Shown in pieces: positions 1-7,976 of a DNA stretch of 60,673 nt. Position 1 is the stretch's first letter, and every line of letters begins with the position of its first letter. The stretch lies in IMG/VR virus record IMGVR_UViG_3300036985_000346, positions 1-60,673 of that record; one strand, given 5' to 3'. Source of the stretch: a virus (taxonomy: Duplodnaviria; Caudoviricetes). A model generated the notes under the pieces. It was given only the letters and a program-made list of their open reading frames with translations, did not search any database and was not told where the DNA came from. Made by a program: the position numbers and the translations under genes.

Positions 1-127
1 ACTTAAACTCAATCTTGGCATAGCACGCATGGTGTTTTTCGCCCATCTTGCAGCGCTGCTTGGCCTTGTAGTAACTAGTTCGTGTCCTTGCAAGCGCTGG
101 ATCGTTTTTCACTCCAGTACCTTTGCG
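1..127. repeat. Exact 127-nt direct repeat of 33179-33305
   Basis: Base-by-base comparison; first mismatch at 128 (C) vs 33306 (T). Confidence 0.9.
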
Positions 128-286
128 CGGGTGATCGCGACCATCAAACCGCATTCGGTTATGGCATGGTTTGCAAATCGGGGGTTTACCCTGACTTAGA
201 ACTCTTGCGATGACATCTGACCGAACCATCCGTTTTTCTCCGCAGTTTGGACACTGCACTTCATGTTTCACATTTCCATTTGGCAT
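1..286 (-). CDS. HNH endonuclease, 5' part (cut by window edge)
   Basis: Near-identical to the 5' part of 32997-33464. Confidence 0.8.
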   Translation of the reverse strand, partial: MPNGNVKHEVQCPNCGEKRMVRSDVIARVLSQGKPPICKPCHNRMRFDGRDHPRKGTGVKNDPALARTRTSYYKAKQRCKMGEKHHACYAKIEFK

Positions 287-327
287 ACATTGCTCCTTTG
301 TTGCATTGTATTACCATTTGGGATTAT

Positions 328-612
328 TTACCACTTCACGCGATTACTCCAGTACGCTGCGCTCATTTTGCCTTTGGCAATATTCTCAGCGTGTCTGGCC
401 TTGAATGATTCTCGACGAGTCTTTTCTGCTTTGGACTCGCCTTCCTTCTTTGGAGACCCAGACACGCCCTGCTGACCAAAGCGAATTGTCTTCACTTGGT
501 CACCAGCCTTGGCCACGACAACGTGGCTTTTGGTCGGATGCGATGGCGTGCGCTTTGGCTTGTTATAGCCTTCCACACCAACGCGAGCGAGTCTTGAGTC
601 TTTGGTGGCCAT
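328..612 (-). CDS. Small basic conserved phage protein (94 aa)
   Basis: K/R-rich, KTIRFGQQG...SFKARH...SAAYWS; homolog at 33506-33790. Confidence 0.8.
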   Translation of the reverse strand: MATKDSRLARVGVEGYNKPKRTPSHPTKSHVVVAKAGDQVKTIRFGQQGVSGSPKKEGESKAEKTRRESFKARHAENIAKGKMSAAYWSNRVKW

Positions 613-614
613 AA

Positions 615-1808
615 TCAGAAGATAGCTTGCAAGCTGTAGTATTCCAATTGAACCAGCTCATTTGCAGTTGTTGGTTGAGCAGTGATTGCAAATGTTTGGT
701 CAACATTGGTGTTAACACTTAGTGTCAAGACAGTACCTGTTGATGCTCCGTGGCCAGTTGCGCCAACTGCACTTGAGACAATTTGCGAGCCGCCACGATT
801 AACAATCTCTTTTTGAACAGATACGCTTGCAACGTTGGCTGCGGCCAATGTAAAGACTGCACTACCACCAAAAGTCATATTCAGATTCTTGGCGTTGGCA
901 CTGTTGGTCAAGCTGAAAAGTGCATTGATTTCTATCTGTCCACCAGTTCCGACTGACCAGCCTGGCACAGTGACAGATGCCAAAGTGACTGCTGTGTTGG
1001 CCACTGCGACCACTGCGGTGCCGTACCAGACCAAGGCAGTTTGTGTGCCTGACTGTGTGCCGCTTGTGGTGATGGCTGCACCGCCTGCGGACGCAGACAC
1101 GGTGAAGGTGTTTGGTGACAACACGGTTTTGACGTAGTAGGTCGTGTTGATGGCCAAGCCAGTTGGCAATGCTCCACTGGTTGTAAAGCGAATTGTGTCG
1201 TTGACAGACAGACCATGATCTGTCCATGTCACCACGCCAGGCGCTGCGATGGTGATCGTGACTGTGGAGCTTTTGTAAGCCAGATCGATTGTGACTGCTG
1301 TTCCTGTGGTGTCAGTGTCCAATGCTGTGACTGGATACAGACCGGTCACTCCTGTGCCGCCACTCCATGTCACATAAACATTTTCATTGACTGCCACGGC
1401 TGCTGTGAGGCCATGAGCGCCAGCACTGTTCAGACGAACTTTGCCTGCGTTGTTGTTGTAGGTCAATGTCACGAATGTGCCAGCAGGCTCGACAAGTCCG
1501 ATTGGGCCTTTGTTCTCAATCAGCAATTGAGGGAAGCTGCGCAGTTGAGGCTGTGCGCCAATGCTGTACTCGACAGTGGCATTGCGGTTGTCAATGCGGA
1601 TTGTGCGGTCTTCAGTATAGGGGCCGAATGTCTGGGCAGTGTTGAACAGCGTTCCAATGGTGGAATAGTTCCACGGCTGTGCGCTTGTGGCCACAGATTG
1701 CAACAGAACGGTAGTCGACTCGTTGCCGGTGTTACCGATGCTGATGTACTCGCCAACAGGCAGGATCACATCGACTTGGTTTTGGGTCAGGCTTGGCTGG
1801 ATAAACAT
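615..1808 (-). CDS. Putative virion decoration/fibre protein, beta-rich (397 aa), A only
   Basis: T/G/V/A-rich; two HGL-containing modules resembling FCCH-like repeats of virion proteins; structural operon. Confidence 0.6.
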   Translation of the reverse strand: MFIQPSLTQNQVDVILPVGEYISIGNTGNESTTVLLQSVATSAQPWNYSTIGTLFNTAQTFGPYTEDRTIRIDNRNATVEYSIGAQPQLRSFPQLLIENKGPIGLVEPAGTFVTLTYNNNAGKVRLNSAGAHGLTAAVAVNENVYVTWSGGTGVTGLYPVTALDTDTTGTAVTIDLAYKSSTVTITIAAPGVVTWTDHGLSVNDTIRFTTSGALPTGLAINTTYYVKTVLSPNTFTVSASAGGAAITTSGTQSGTQTALVWYGTAVVAVANTAVTLASVTVPGWSVGTGGQIEINALFSLTNSANAKNLNMTFGGSAVFTLAAANVASVSVQKEIVNRGGSQIVSSAVGATGHGASTGTVLTLSVNTNVDQTFAITAQPTTANELVQLEYYSLQAIF

Positions 1809-1826
1809 GGTGGTGGCTCCTAAAAG

Positions 1827-2282
1827 TTAAGCGATGCGATACCACGAATTTGTGGCTTGATAGAAACGCATGGTGAAGAATGCATTGGCTGCCAATGTCG
1901 TTGGTGCACCGTATGCATTGGATGCACCATTGAGCGCCAGCGTGAAGCTGGTGATGATCTGGGTGGTTGTCACCAGAACCTGAGTGCCATCAGGCACGCC
2001 AGTGTTCAATGGCAGGGTGATCGTGCCAGCGGCCAATGTGCCAGCAGGCTGGATGATCATCCATTGTTGTTCACTGACTGGCGTAGGAACCGTGACATTG
2101 AAGCCAGTGCCTGGTGTGTACAAGTTGGTGGCCACGGTTGGTGCCGCGAATGTAGCTTGGAAGTATTGCAGCAATGCGCTGACCGACATTTTCCGAGCAT
2201 CGCCATTGTTCTGGTCGTAGACTGGAATCTGGTTTGCACCAGAGACTTGGCTGATGCTTGAGAGTTGGTTGATTTGTGGCAT
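1827..2282 (-). CDS. Putative virion structural protein (151 aa)
   Basis: Follows gp4-like gene; N-terminal INQL...PV...RKxSV motif; homolog 34100-34555. Confidence 0.65.
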   Translation of the reverse strand: MPQINQLSSISQVSGANQIPVYDQNNGDARKMSVSALLQYFQATFAAPTVATNLYTPGTGFNVTVPTPVSEQQWMIIQPAGTLAAGTITLPLNTGVPDGTQVLVTTTQIITSFTLALNGASNAYGAPTTLAANAFFTMRFYQATNSWYRIA

Positions 2283-2294
2283 GTTGTTGATTCC

Positions 2295-2777
2295 TCAGTT
2301 GTATTCGAGTGGACCGTCTTGACCGGCCAAGACTGGATCGTAGGGGCGCTGCAAGAATGGGTCGTCGTAGACGCGCCAAGGCTTGTTGCCTGCACCGCTT
2401 GGCATAGTGCCAGGCATCTGTTGCTCCATTGGCATGGCCGCACGCGACAGCAGGGTGTTGTAAGACTCTTTGGCCGTGGCCTTGGTGTCTGGCATAACCT
2501 GCTTGCCATAACTGGGTGCCAGTTTGATGGCCAAGTTTGTGTAGATGGCCTCGTTGGAGCTGTCTGGCACGTTGGTCTGCTCGTCAAGAACGCTGTCTTG
2601 AGGGCTTGATGGCAGTGGATAGCCCAAGCGAATGCCAAGCGCGTTCCATGCTGCGATCATGGTATCGAGCCTGCGCAGTGCGGATTGCAACTGCTCAGGT
2701 GTCAGATCAAAAACATAGGATGCAAGGCCAATTTCCTCGAAGGCCTGTCCGATAAATTGGCGCTTTGTCCATCCCAT
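2295..2777 (-). CDS. Head-tail adaptor, P22 gp4-like
   Basis: 160 aa; ALRRLDTMIAAW, NLAIKLAPSYG, PSGAGNK motifs; synteny. Confidence 0.8.
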   Translation of the reverse strand: MGWTKRQFIGQAFEEIGLASYVFDLTPEQLQSALRRLDTMIAAWNALGIRLGYPLPSSPQDSVLDEQTNVPDSSNEAIYTNLAIKLAPSYGKQVMPDTKATAKESYNTLLSRAAMPMEQQMPGTMPSGAGNKPWRVYDDPFLQRPYDPVLAGQDGPLEYN

Positions 2778-2778
2778 G

Positions 2779-3213
2779 TCATTCTCCTGTGTTCTCAGAC
2801 AATCTGTCTTGGATCAATTGTCCCAGTTTTTTGTCTTTTGTGCGACCATCAAATCGAATTCCTAATTCGGTGGCCTTGGCCTCAAGTTCTTCGCGGGTTG
2901 GACCTGCGTCCTCATCGATAGGCTCAGGAGCTGGCGCTGGCTCGGCCTTGACCTGCTCACGCCAGTCGAGTGGCTTGGCTGGCTTTTTCTTTTTGACAAG
3001 CTTGATTGCCCACTTTGGTTTTGGCTTTTTGAAGCCATCAGCATTGGCTCCTGCGGCTTCTATGGCCTCAGCTGACGATGTAAACCAGCCTGCTTCCAGT
3101 TTTGCGTCGAGTTCTTCTTGCGTCTGCACGCTGTCAAAATTGTATGTGCCACCGCCTGGCTTGCGTTGCTGGCCTGGGCTTTTGTAGATCATTGCTGGGA
3201 ATGATGTGCTCAT
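2779..3213 (-). CDS. Hypothetical protein with C-terminal HeH/Rho_N-like helical domain
   Basis: C-terminal PTREELEAKATELGIRFDGR shared with 35052-35345. Confidence 0.65.
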   Translation of the reverse strand: MSTSFPAMIYKSPGQQRKPGGGTYNFDSVQTQEELDAKLEAGWFTSSAEAIEAAGANADGFKKPKPKWAIKLVKKKKPAKPLDWREQVKAEPAPAPEPIDEDAGPTREELEAKATELGIRFDGRTKDKKLGQLIQDRLSENTGE

Positions 3214-3383
3214 TTTTTGGCTTTCATGGGCTTGGCTGTCTTGGCTGCTGCTTTGAAGTCTGCGGCTGTGGGTGCACCTTTTGCACCGACTTTGCGCATA
3301 CGCTCTGGGGTTTTGCCTGCTGCCTTCTGTGCCGCAATGCGTTCACGTTTAGCGTGAATGTTGGCGTATAGACCGGCCTTCAC
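3210..3383 (-). CDS. Small Lys/Ala-rich basic protein (57 aa, GTG start)
   Basis: Hand-translated MKAGLYANIHAKRERI...KPMKAKK; 4-nt overlaps with both neighbours; homolog 35345-35521. Confidence 0.75.
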   Translation of the reverse strand: MKAGLYANIHAKRERIAAQKAAGKTPERMRKVGAKGAPTAADFKAAAKTAKPMKAKK

Positions 3384-3559
3384 TTCTTGGCCTTCATGGA
3401 CTTTGCTGGCGCTTTGCTGGGTTTGCCAGCGGCCTTGGCTGCCTTGCGTGCGGTGGTCAGTGCCACGGCCACGGCTTGCTTTTGAGGCATGCCAGATTTC
3501 ATCTCTTTGGAGATGTTCTTGCTGATAGATTTCTGAGAATAACCTTTTGTCAACGGCAT
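3380..3559 (-). CDS. Small Lys/Ala-rich basic protein (59 aa)
   Basis: Hand-translated MPLTKGYSQKSISKNI...KQAVAVAL; AGGAG RBS; homolog 35518-35688. Confidence 0.75.
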   Translation of the reverse strand: MPLTKGYSQKSISKNISKEMKSGMPQKQAVAVALTTARKAAKAAGKPSKAPAKSMKAKK

Positions 3560-3576
3560 GATGCGCTCCTTGGAAT

Positions 3577-3606
3577 GAAGAAAGAAGAAGGGGCCGAAGC
3601 CCCTTC
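3577..3606 (-). terminator. Intrinsic terminator after coat gene
   Basis: GAAGGGGC-UUCG-GCCCCUUC followed by a U/C-rich tail on the minus strand. Confidence 0.75.
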
Positions 3607-3620
3607 CCCCCTAGATCAGC

Positions 3621-4895
3621 TTAGGGCTGATTGAACAACAAGATGCCAGACATTTCAGGCTGCTTGTTGACCACACCAAACAGTGTGTCCAAGCGATACT
3701 TGATTGTCATGCTATCGATGTCGTAGAACTTCTGCATCACCAACTCAACACCTTGGTCGGTGGTAGCACGCATCACTGCGGTGCCAGCATCGGATGGGAC
3801 TGCGTAGCGGCCAGGCAAGATTTCCAAGGCATCACGTTGCCAGAACACGTTGATGTTCGAGGCAGCGGTGTTGAGCCAGTTGATGTTGGCAGATGCAGAA
3901 GGAGTCACGATACAGTTCTTGTATTGTGCAGATGCATCGCTTGCAACTTGGTTGGAGATGATGCCAGGGCTGATCACCATTTGTGTGCCGTTGGTGATGC
4001 TGATGACACGGAATGTCTTCAACTGACCAGTGGACTGCTTGGTGATGTGGTGCACTGCAACCACGCCATCGATCGTGAAGCAATCACCAACAGCCACGCC
4101 AACAGTATTGGACACTGTGACGGTCTGATAGCGGTTGTCAACGTTGATCTGGCCACCGACAGAAGTCGAAGTAGCTTGAGGAACGAGGTAGTTGTTGGCA
4201 GAGTTCTGTGTGTCGATGGTAGTTGTACCACCAGCAGCAGCAGCGATGCGGTTTGCGTAGTCGAACTTGTAAGTGTCGAAGCCTGCAACCATGCCGACGA
4301 AGCTGCGCTCGTATGCACGATCAGACTTAGCATTGCCGAATGAACGGCTTGCTTGTGACAAGTTACCGGCCAGACCGTTGTAGTCGCGGCTGGACAAGCC
4401 CAAGAAGCGCTCATAGTCAGGCACGCCTTGCTCGTTCATGATGCTGTCGCACAAGGCCACATCATCATAGTCACCGGCAGCAGTAGAGACTGGAACAACC
4501 AAAGTGCCTTGAGCAGCTGCGGTGTTCATGATCGCCACGTTGATGTCGGATGCGAGCTTTTGCTTGGCTGACTCGCCCAAACGACCTTCTTGCAATGCGT
4601 CACGCAAGTCAAGAGTGGTCATGGTCCAAGGCACAGTCTTGCTGAAGCCAATGGTGGAGGGCACAGACAACTGAGTCATGTTCTGGTAAGAACCAGCGAT
4701 GGTCGTGCCAGGAGTGCTATTGATGGATTGTGCCATGTAAGGCATTGGACGCCAGATGACGTTGTTGGTACGTGCCATTTCGGTCTGGTCTGTGTTGTAG
4801 ACCGAGACGTGACGTGACAAGACCAGCAAGTCTTGGAAACCTTCGAGGATGTCTTCAAACGCTACGCGTTCTTCTTTGGAAAAGCTATTGGCCAT
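3621..4895 (-). CDS. Major capsid protein, P22 gp5-like
   Basis: 424 aa after scaffold; YRLDTLFGV near the C-terminus; P22 order portal-scaffold-coat. Confidence 0.9.
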   Translation of the reverse strand: MANSFSKEERVAFEDILEGFQDLLVLSRHVSVYNTDQTEMARTNNVIWRPMPYMAQSINSTPGTTIAGSYQNMTQLSVPSTIGFSKTVPWTMTTLDLRDALQEGRLGESAKQKLASDINVAIMNTAAAQGTLVVPVSTAAGDYDDVALCDSIMNEQGVPDYERFLGLSSRDYNGLAGNLSQASRSFGNAKSDRAYERSFVGMVAGFDTYKFDYANRIAAAAGGTTTIDTQNSANNYLVPQATSTSVGGQINVDNRYQTVTVSNTVGVAVGDCFTIDGVVAVHHITKQSTGQLKTFRVISITNGTQMVISPGIISNQVASDASAQYKNCIVTPSASANINWLNTAASNINVFWQRDALEILPGRYAVPSDAGTAVMRATTDQGVELVMQKFYDIDSMTIKYRLDTLFGVVNKQPEMSGILLFNQP

Positions 4896-4920
4896 GATGG
4901 GCTCCTAAATTAAAAAACTG

Positions 4921-5814
4921 TCATTTGGAAGCTGATCGCTTCTGCTGCTTGTACTGGATGACTTTCGTCATGTTTCCAGTGCGAGCCGCTTCTTCTCTCA
5001 GCCGTTCAAGGGTTGAGTCCACCGCCCCAGATACTCGGCCAGTTCCTGACACGATTCTCTCGGGTGGCGGGGCTGCCTTGCGATTGGTAACTTTCAATTC
5101 TTTCTCCAGTTTCGCTACCGCAAAGGCAAACTTTACGGGGTCTTTAATGTCGGACAGCTCTTTTGCCTTCTTCGGATTCTTACCGAGTGCGTAGATGACG
5201 AGCGCAGGATTATCTGCACCTTGGAGCACCACGCCTTGCTGGGTGATGTTGAACAACTCTTGGGCCACGGCCTCAGCGTCTTCAAAATCTTTGACTCTCA
5301 GCTCGGCTTTCGCCTTGCCATAGCCATCCAGTTTGGCTTGCCATGCTTTTTGCTGATTCATAACTTCAGCTTCTTGCGCGGCTGCGGCTTCATCGGCTTT
5401 TCGCTTGCGCTCAAACCAATCGGCCAGTGCTGCCTCGAATTTGTCAGCGTCATAGTCGTGTTCTTCAAGACTTGGCTTCTTGCCCAGCACGACCGGCTTG
5501 GTCTCAGTCTGTGCGGTGCTTTGCAGCTTGCCTTGCAGTTCACGGTTTTGCCGTTGCAATTCTCTGTTCGTCTTACGCAGCTCGCGTACCCATTCAGGCG
5601 CGTGAGTCTGTTCTTCGGGAGGTGGCGCTTCCTCACCAATGGATACGATCACCTCGTCGCTGTCGCCTTCGCCATCTTCGGTGTTCTGGTCTTCGCCCTG
5701 GTCATCGATGGATTGTTGCTCATCGGTGGTTTGCTCAGTGCTTTGGCCTTCGTCCTCAATGACGATGGTGTCATCGTCTTGGTTTTCTTCTCCTGATACT
5801 GCCTTTGTGTTCAT
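4921..5814 (-). CDS. Scaffolding protein
   Basis: Acidic N-terminus, coiled coil, basic C-terminal helix; between portal and coat. Confidence 0.8.
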   Translation of the reverse strand: MNTKAVSGEENQDDDTIVIEDEGQSTEQTTDEQQSIDDQGEDQNTEDGEGDSDEVIVSIGEEAPPPEEQTHAPEWVRELRKTNRELQRQNRELQGKLQSTAQTETKPVVLGKKPSLEEHDYDADKFEAALADWFERKRKADEAAAAQEAEVMNQQKAWQAKLDGYGKAKAELRVKDFEDAEAVAQELFNITQQGVVLQGADNPALVIYALGKNPKKAKELSDIKDPVKFAFAVAKLEKELKVTNRKAAPPPERIVSGTGRVSGAVDSTLERLREEAARTGNMTKVIQYKQQKRSASK

Positions 5815-5833
5815 CTTCTGACCCCATCAAACT

Positions 5834-5864
5834 CACCCATTAGAACGGCTGGGTGGATGCCGTT
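5834..5864 (-). promoter_or_regulatory. Candidate H-type pseudoknot in scaffold leader
   Basis: AACGGC/GCCGUU stem; loop CACCCA pairs with downstream UGGGUG; identical at 37960-37990. Confidence 0.5.
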
Positions 5865-5870
5865 TATCAC

Positions 5871-5899
5871 ATTCTCGCGCTTTTTCATTCATCTGACAA
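5871..5899 (-). promoter_or_regulatory. Candidate promoter TTGTCA-N17-GAGAAT
   Basis: Spacing conserved in B (TTGTAA-N17-GAGAAT). Confidence 0.45.
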
Positions 5900-7949
5900 C
5901 AGGCTGAATAATCTGGCCTTGCAAAATTTCTTGCACTGCCTCGGCATTTGTGAGCGCCATGTTCTGTGCGGTCTCATCGACCTTGCCCAGCGTCTCCAGC
6001 GTTTGAGCGCGTTTGAGTTCTGCGCTGGCCACGGTTTCGACGGTGTCGGCTCTGGCTTTGGCTGCTTTGGCAGTTGCTTCCTCGGCTGCGGCTTGCAGGT
6101 ACATGGCATTCGGGTCTTGTGGCTTGCCCTGCATCTCGGCCATGAGTTCTTCGGCTTCCATGTCGGTCGGCTTGACCACGCCCATGCGCAGGAGCTTCTT
6201 GCGGAAGTAGGCATTGGCATCGCTGATGCCCTCGCCTTCCATGTTCATCATGGCCATTGCCGTGATCACTTGAGCTGTTTCTGGGTCTTGCGTGATCTGG
6301 AGCATGCCGGTCAGAGCGCGAACAGTTGCCTGGCGCTTGGTGCTGCTTGATGGTCCAACATCTGCAATCACATCGAAGGCCGCACTTCCCAGATCATTTT
6401 CCATAACCACCGCACCAGTTTCCTGATCAATGGATGGCTTCATCAACTCAACCATGCCAGCCTCACCAGTTGGCGCGATGGTCTTCATCTTGCGCTTGTC
6501 TTCGGTGTAGATGTCGCGTGCCATCGAGAGCCAGATTTCACCGCATCGCTTCATGCCCTTGGCAAAGTTGCTCATGTAGATGAAGGCTTGGCCATCGACT
6601 CGGGCCTGAATCATCTCCACGGCCTTGCCTGAGATGTTGCTCACCATCTTGTCTGCGCCAGCTGGATTGCCCAAAATGTCCTGCATGTCGGTTTCGGTGA
6701 TCTGCAAGAGCGCAGCCATTGCCGGTGGAATGGCTGCCGATCTGGTGTAGGCCACAGGACCGCTGACTGCCTGGTTGCCGTTCTGGTCTGTGATCGGGTT
6801 GATCAGCAGATACGGATAGTCTTTGAGGTTGTCCTCGGCCCACATGACTTGATGGCCAGCGACCTGCTCAGGCGTGAGGATTGGCTTCTCAACCGACGAC
6901 AAGGCGCTGATCTCGCCCAGCTTGGACAGCTGCATGTTTTTGAGGCGCTGGGCATCCTTGGCCAGACGCACATGGCCCATGCATCGCTCGACGTTGTCGA
7001 CAAACCAGCGTTTTCCGTAGACGACCACGATCGGGATGCACTTGCCTGCGATGTAGCCTGCGTCTTCGAGAACCTTGCCGCCCGACATAATGTACTTGTG
7101 CACGCGCTTGGTCTTGACCTTGCGCTGGCGCACTTCGATTGTGCCGATGGCTGCCAAAGTTTCCTCAAGCATTTCATCTTTATCGAAGTCTTCTTTTGTG
7201 TAGCGTTCTTCCTCGCCTGTAATAGTCTGGAAGATGCGAATGGTCTCGGTCTTTTCCTCGACCTTGTAGTACTCGGCCACATAAACCACATCGGGTGTGC
7301 ACCAGTCAAACTCGTACTGGTGGATGATCTTTGGCCAGCTTGCTGGGTCATCGCCCCAAGTGTCTTTGTAGGCCTGTTGCGTCATCGATGTGACGACAAA
7401 GCAGAATCTGGCATCGGACTTGTCTTGGCGCTTGGCCTGCAAGTCAAAGAACACCGAGCTGTCAGCGTCAAAGATCGGCTCGATGCGAATGCGCTGACGA
7501 TCGTCTTCTGGGTCTTCCTCGTTTTCGTAGACTGTGCGCAAGCGCCAGGCACCGATGCCGCCACCGACCGCTTCCTCGAAGGCGTTGTCGTAGGCTTCAT
7601 CGGCCACGGATGCCTGCTCGTCTGCTCGGTAGAGGCCATCGCAGACCTCGGCCAGCTTGTCGTTCTCAGCGCCATCTTTGGAGACAAAGTCCACCGTGAT
7701 GCGGTTGTTTCGATATTCGTTGACCACTCGGATCACGGCCAGCATGATCTTGTTGACCTCGAACTTGGGTTTGTTCTCGTACTGGTCCCAGAGTGGGCCT
7801 TCCCACTGGCTGCCTGCTAGGGAGTAGAAGCGTCTGTCTTGCAGGCATTGCAAGCGCTCGTCACGCAGTGCGCTTTGCACATCATCGAATTGCGCGAGGG
7901 CTTCGTCGTGCAGATTCGCAAGGCGTTGATCGTTTGAGAGTCGGGCCAT
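5889..7949 (-). CDS. Portal protein, P22 gp1-like
   Basis: 686 aa, GSQW motif, follows terminase, long C-terminal helical region. Confidence 0.9.
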   Translation of the reverse strand: MARLSNDQRLANLHDEALAQFDDVQSALRDERLQCLQDRRFYSLAGSQWEGPLWDQYENKPKFEVNKIMLAVIRVVNEYRNNRITVDFVSKDGAENDKLAEVCDGLYRADEQASVADEAYDNAFEEAVGGGIGAWRLRTVYENEEDPEDDRQRIRIEPIFDADSSVFFDLQAKRQDKSDARFCFVVTSMTQQAYKDTWGDDPASWPKIIHQYEFDWCTPDVVYVAEYYKVEEKTETIRIFQTITGEEERYTKEDFDKDEMLEETLAAIGTIEVRQRKVKTKRVHKYIMSGGKVLEDAGYIAGKCIPIVVVYGKRWFVDNVERCMGHVRLAKDAQRLKNMQLSKLGEISALSSVEKPILTPEQVAGHQVMWAEDNLKDYPYLLINPITDQNGNQAVSGPVAYTRSAAIPPAMAALLQITETDMQDILGNPAGADKMVSNISGKAVEMIQARVDGQAFIYMSNFAKGMKRCGEIWLSMARDIYTEDKRKMKTIAPTGEAGMVELMKPSIDQETGAVVMENDLGSAAFDVIADVGPSSSTKRQATVRALTGMLQITQDPETAQVITAMAMMNMEGEGISDANAYFRKKLLRMGVVKPTDMEAEELMAEMQGKPQDPNAMYLQAAAEEATAKAAKARADTVETVASAELKRAQTLETLGKVDETAQNMALTNAEAVQEILQGQIIQPVVR

Positions 7950-7976
7950 GTTATATCCTCATTTTGTGTGATTTTC

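Noticed and set aside
6849-7820. Long antisense ORFs (323 aa here; also 10631-11392, 35410-36237, 47374-48306)
   Set aside because: Shadows of GC-biased genes; boundaries not conserved between the two copies and no recognisable motifs
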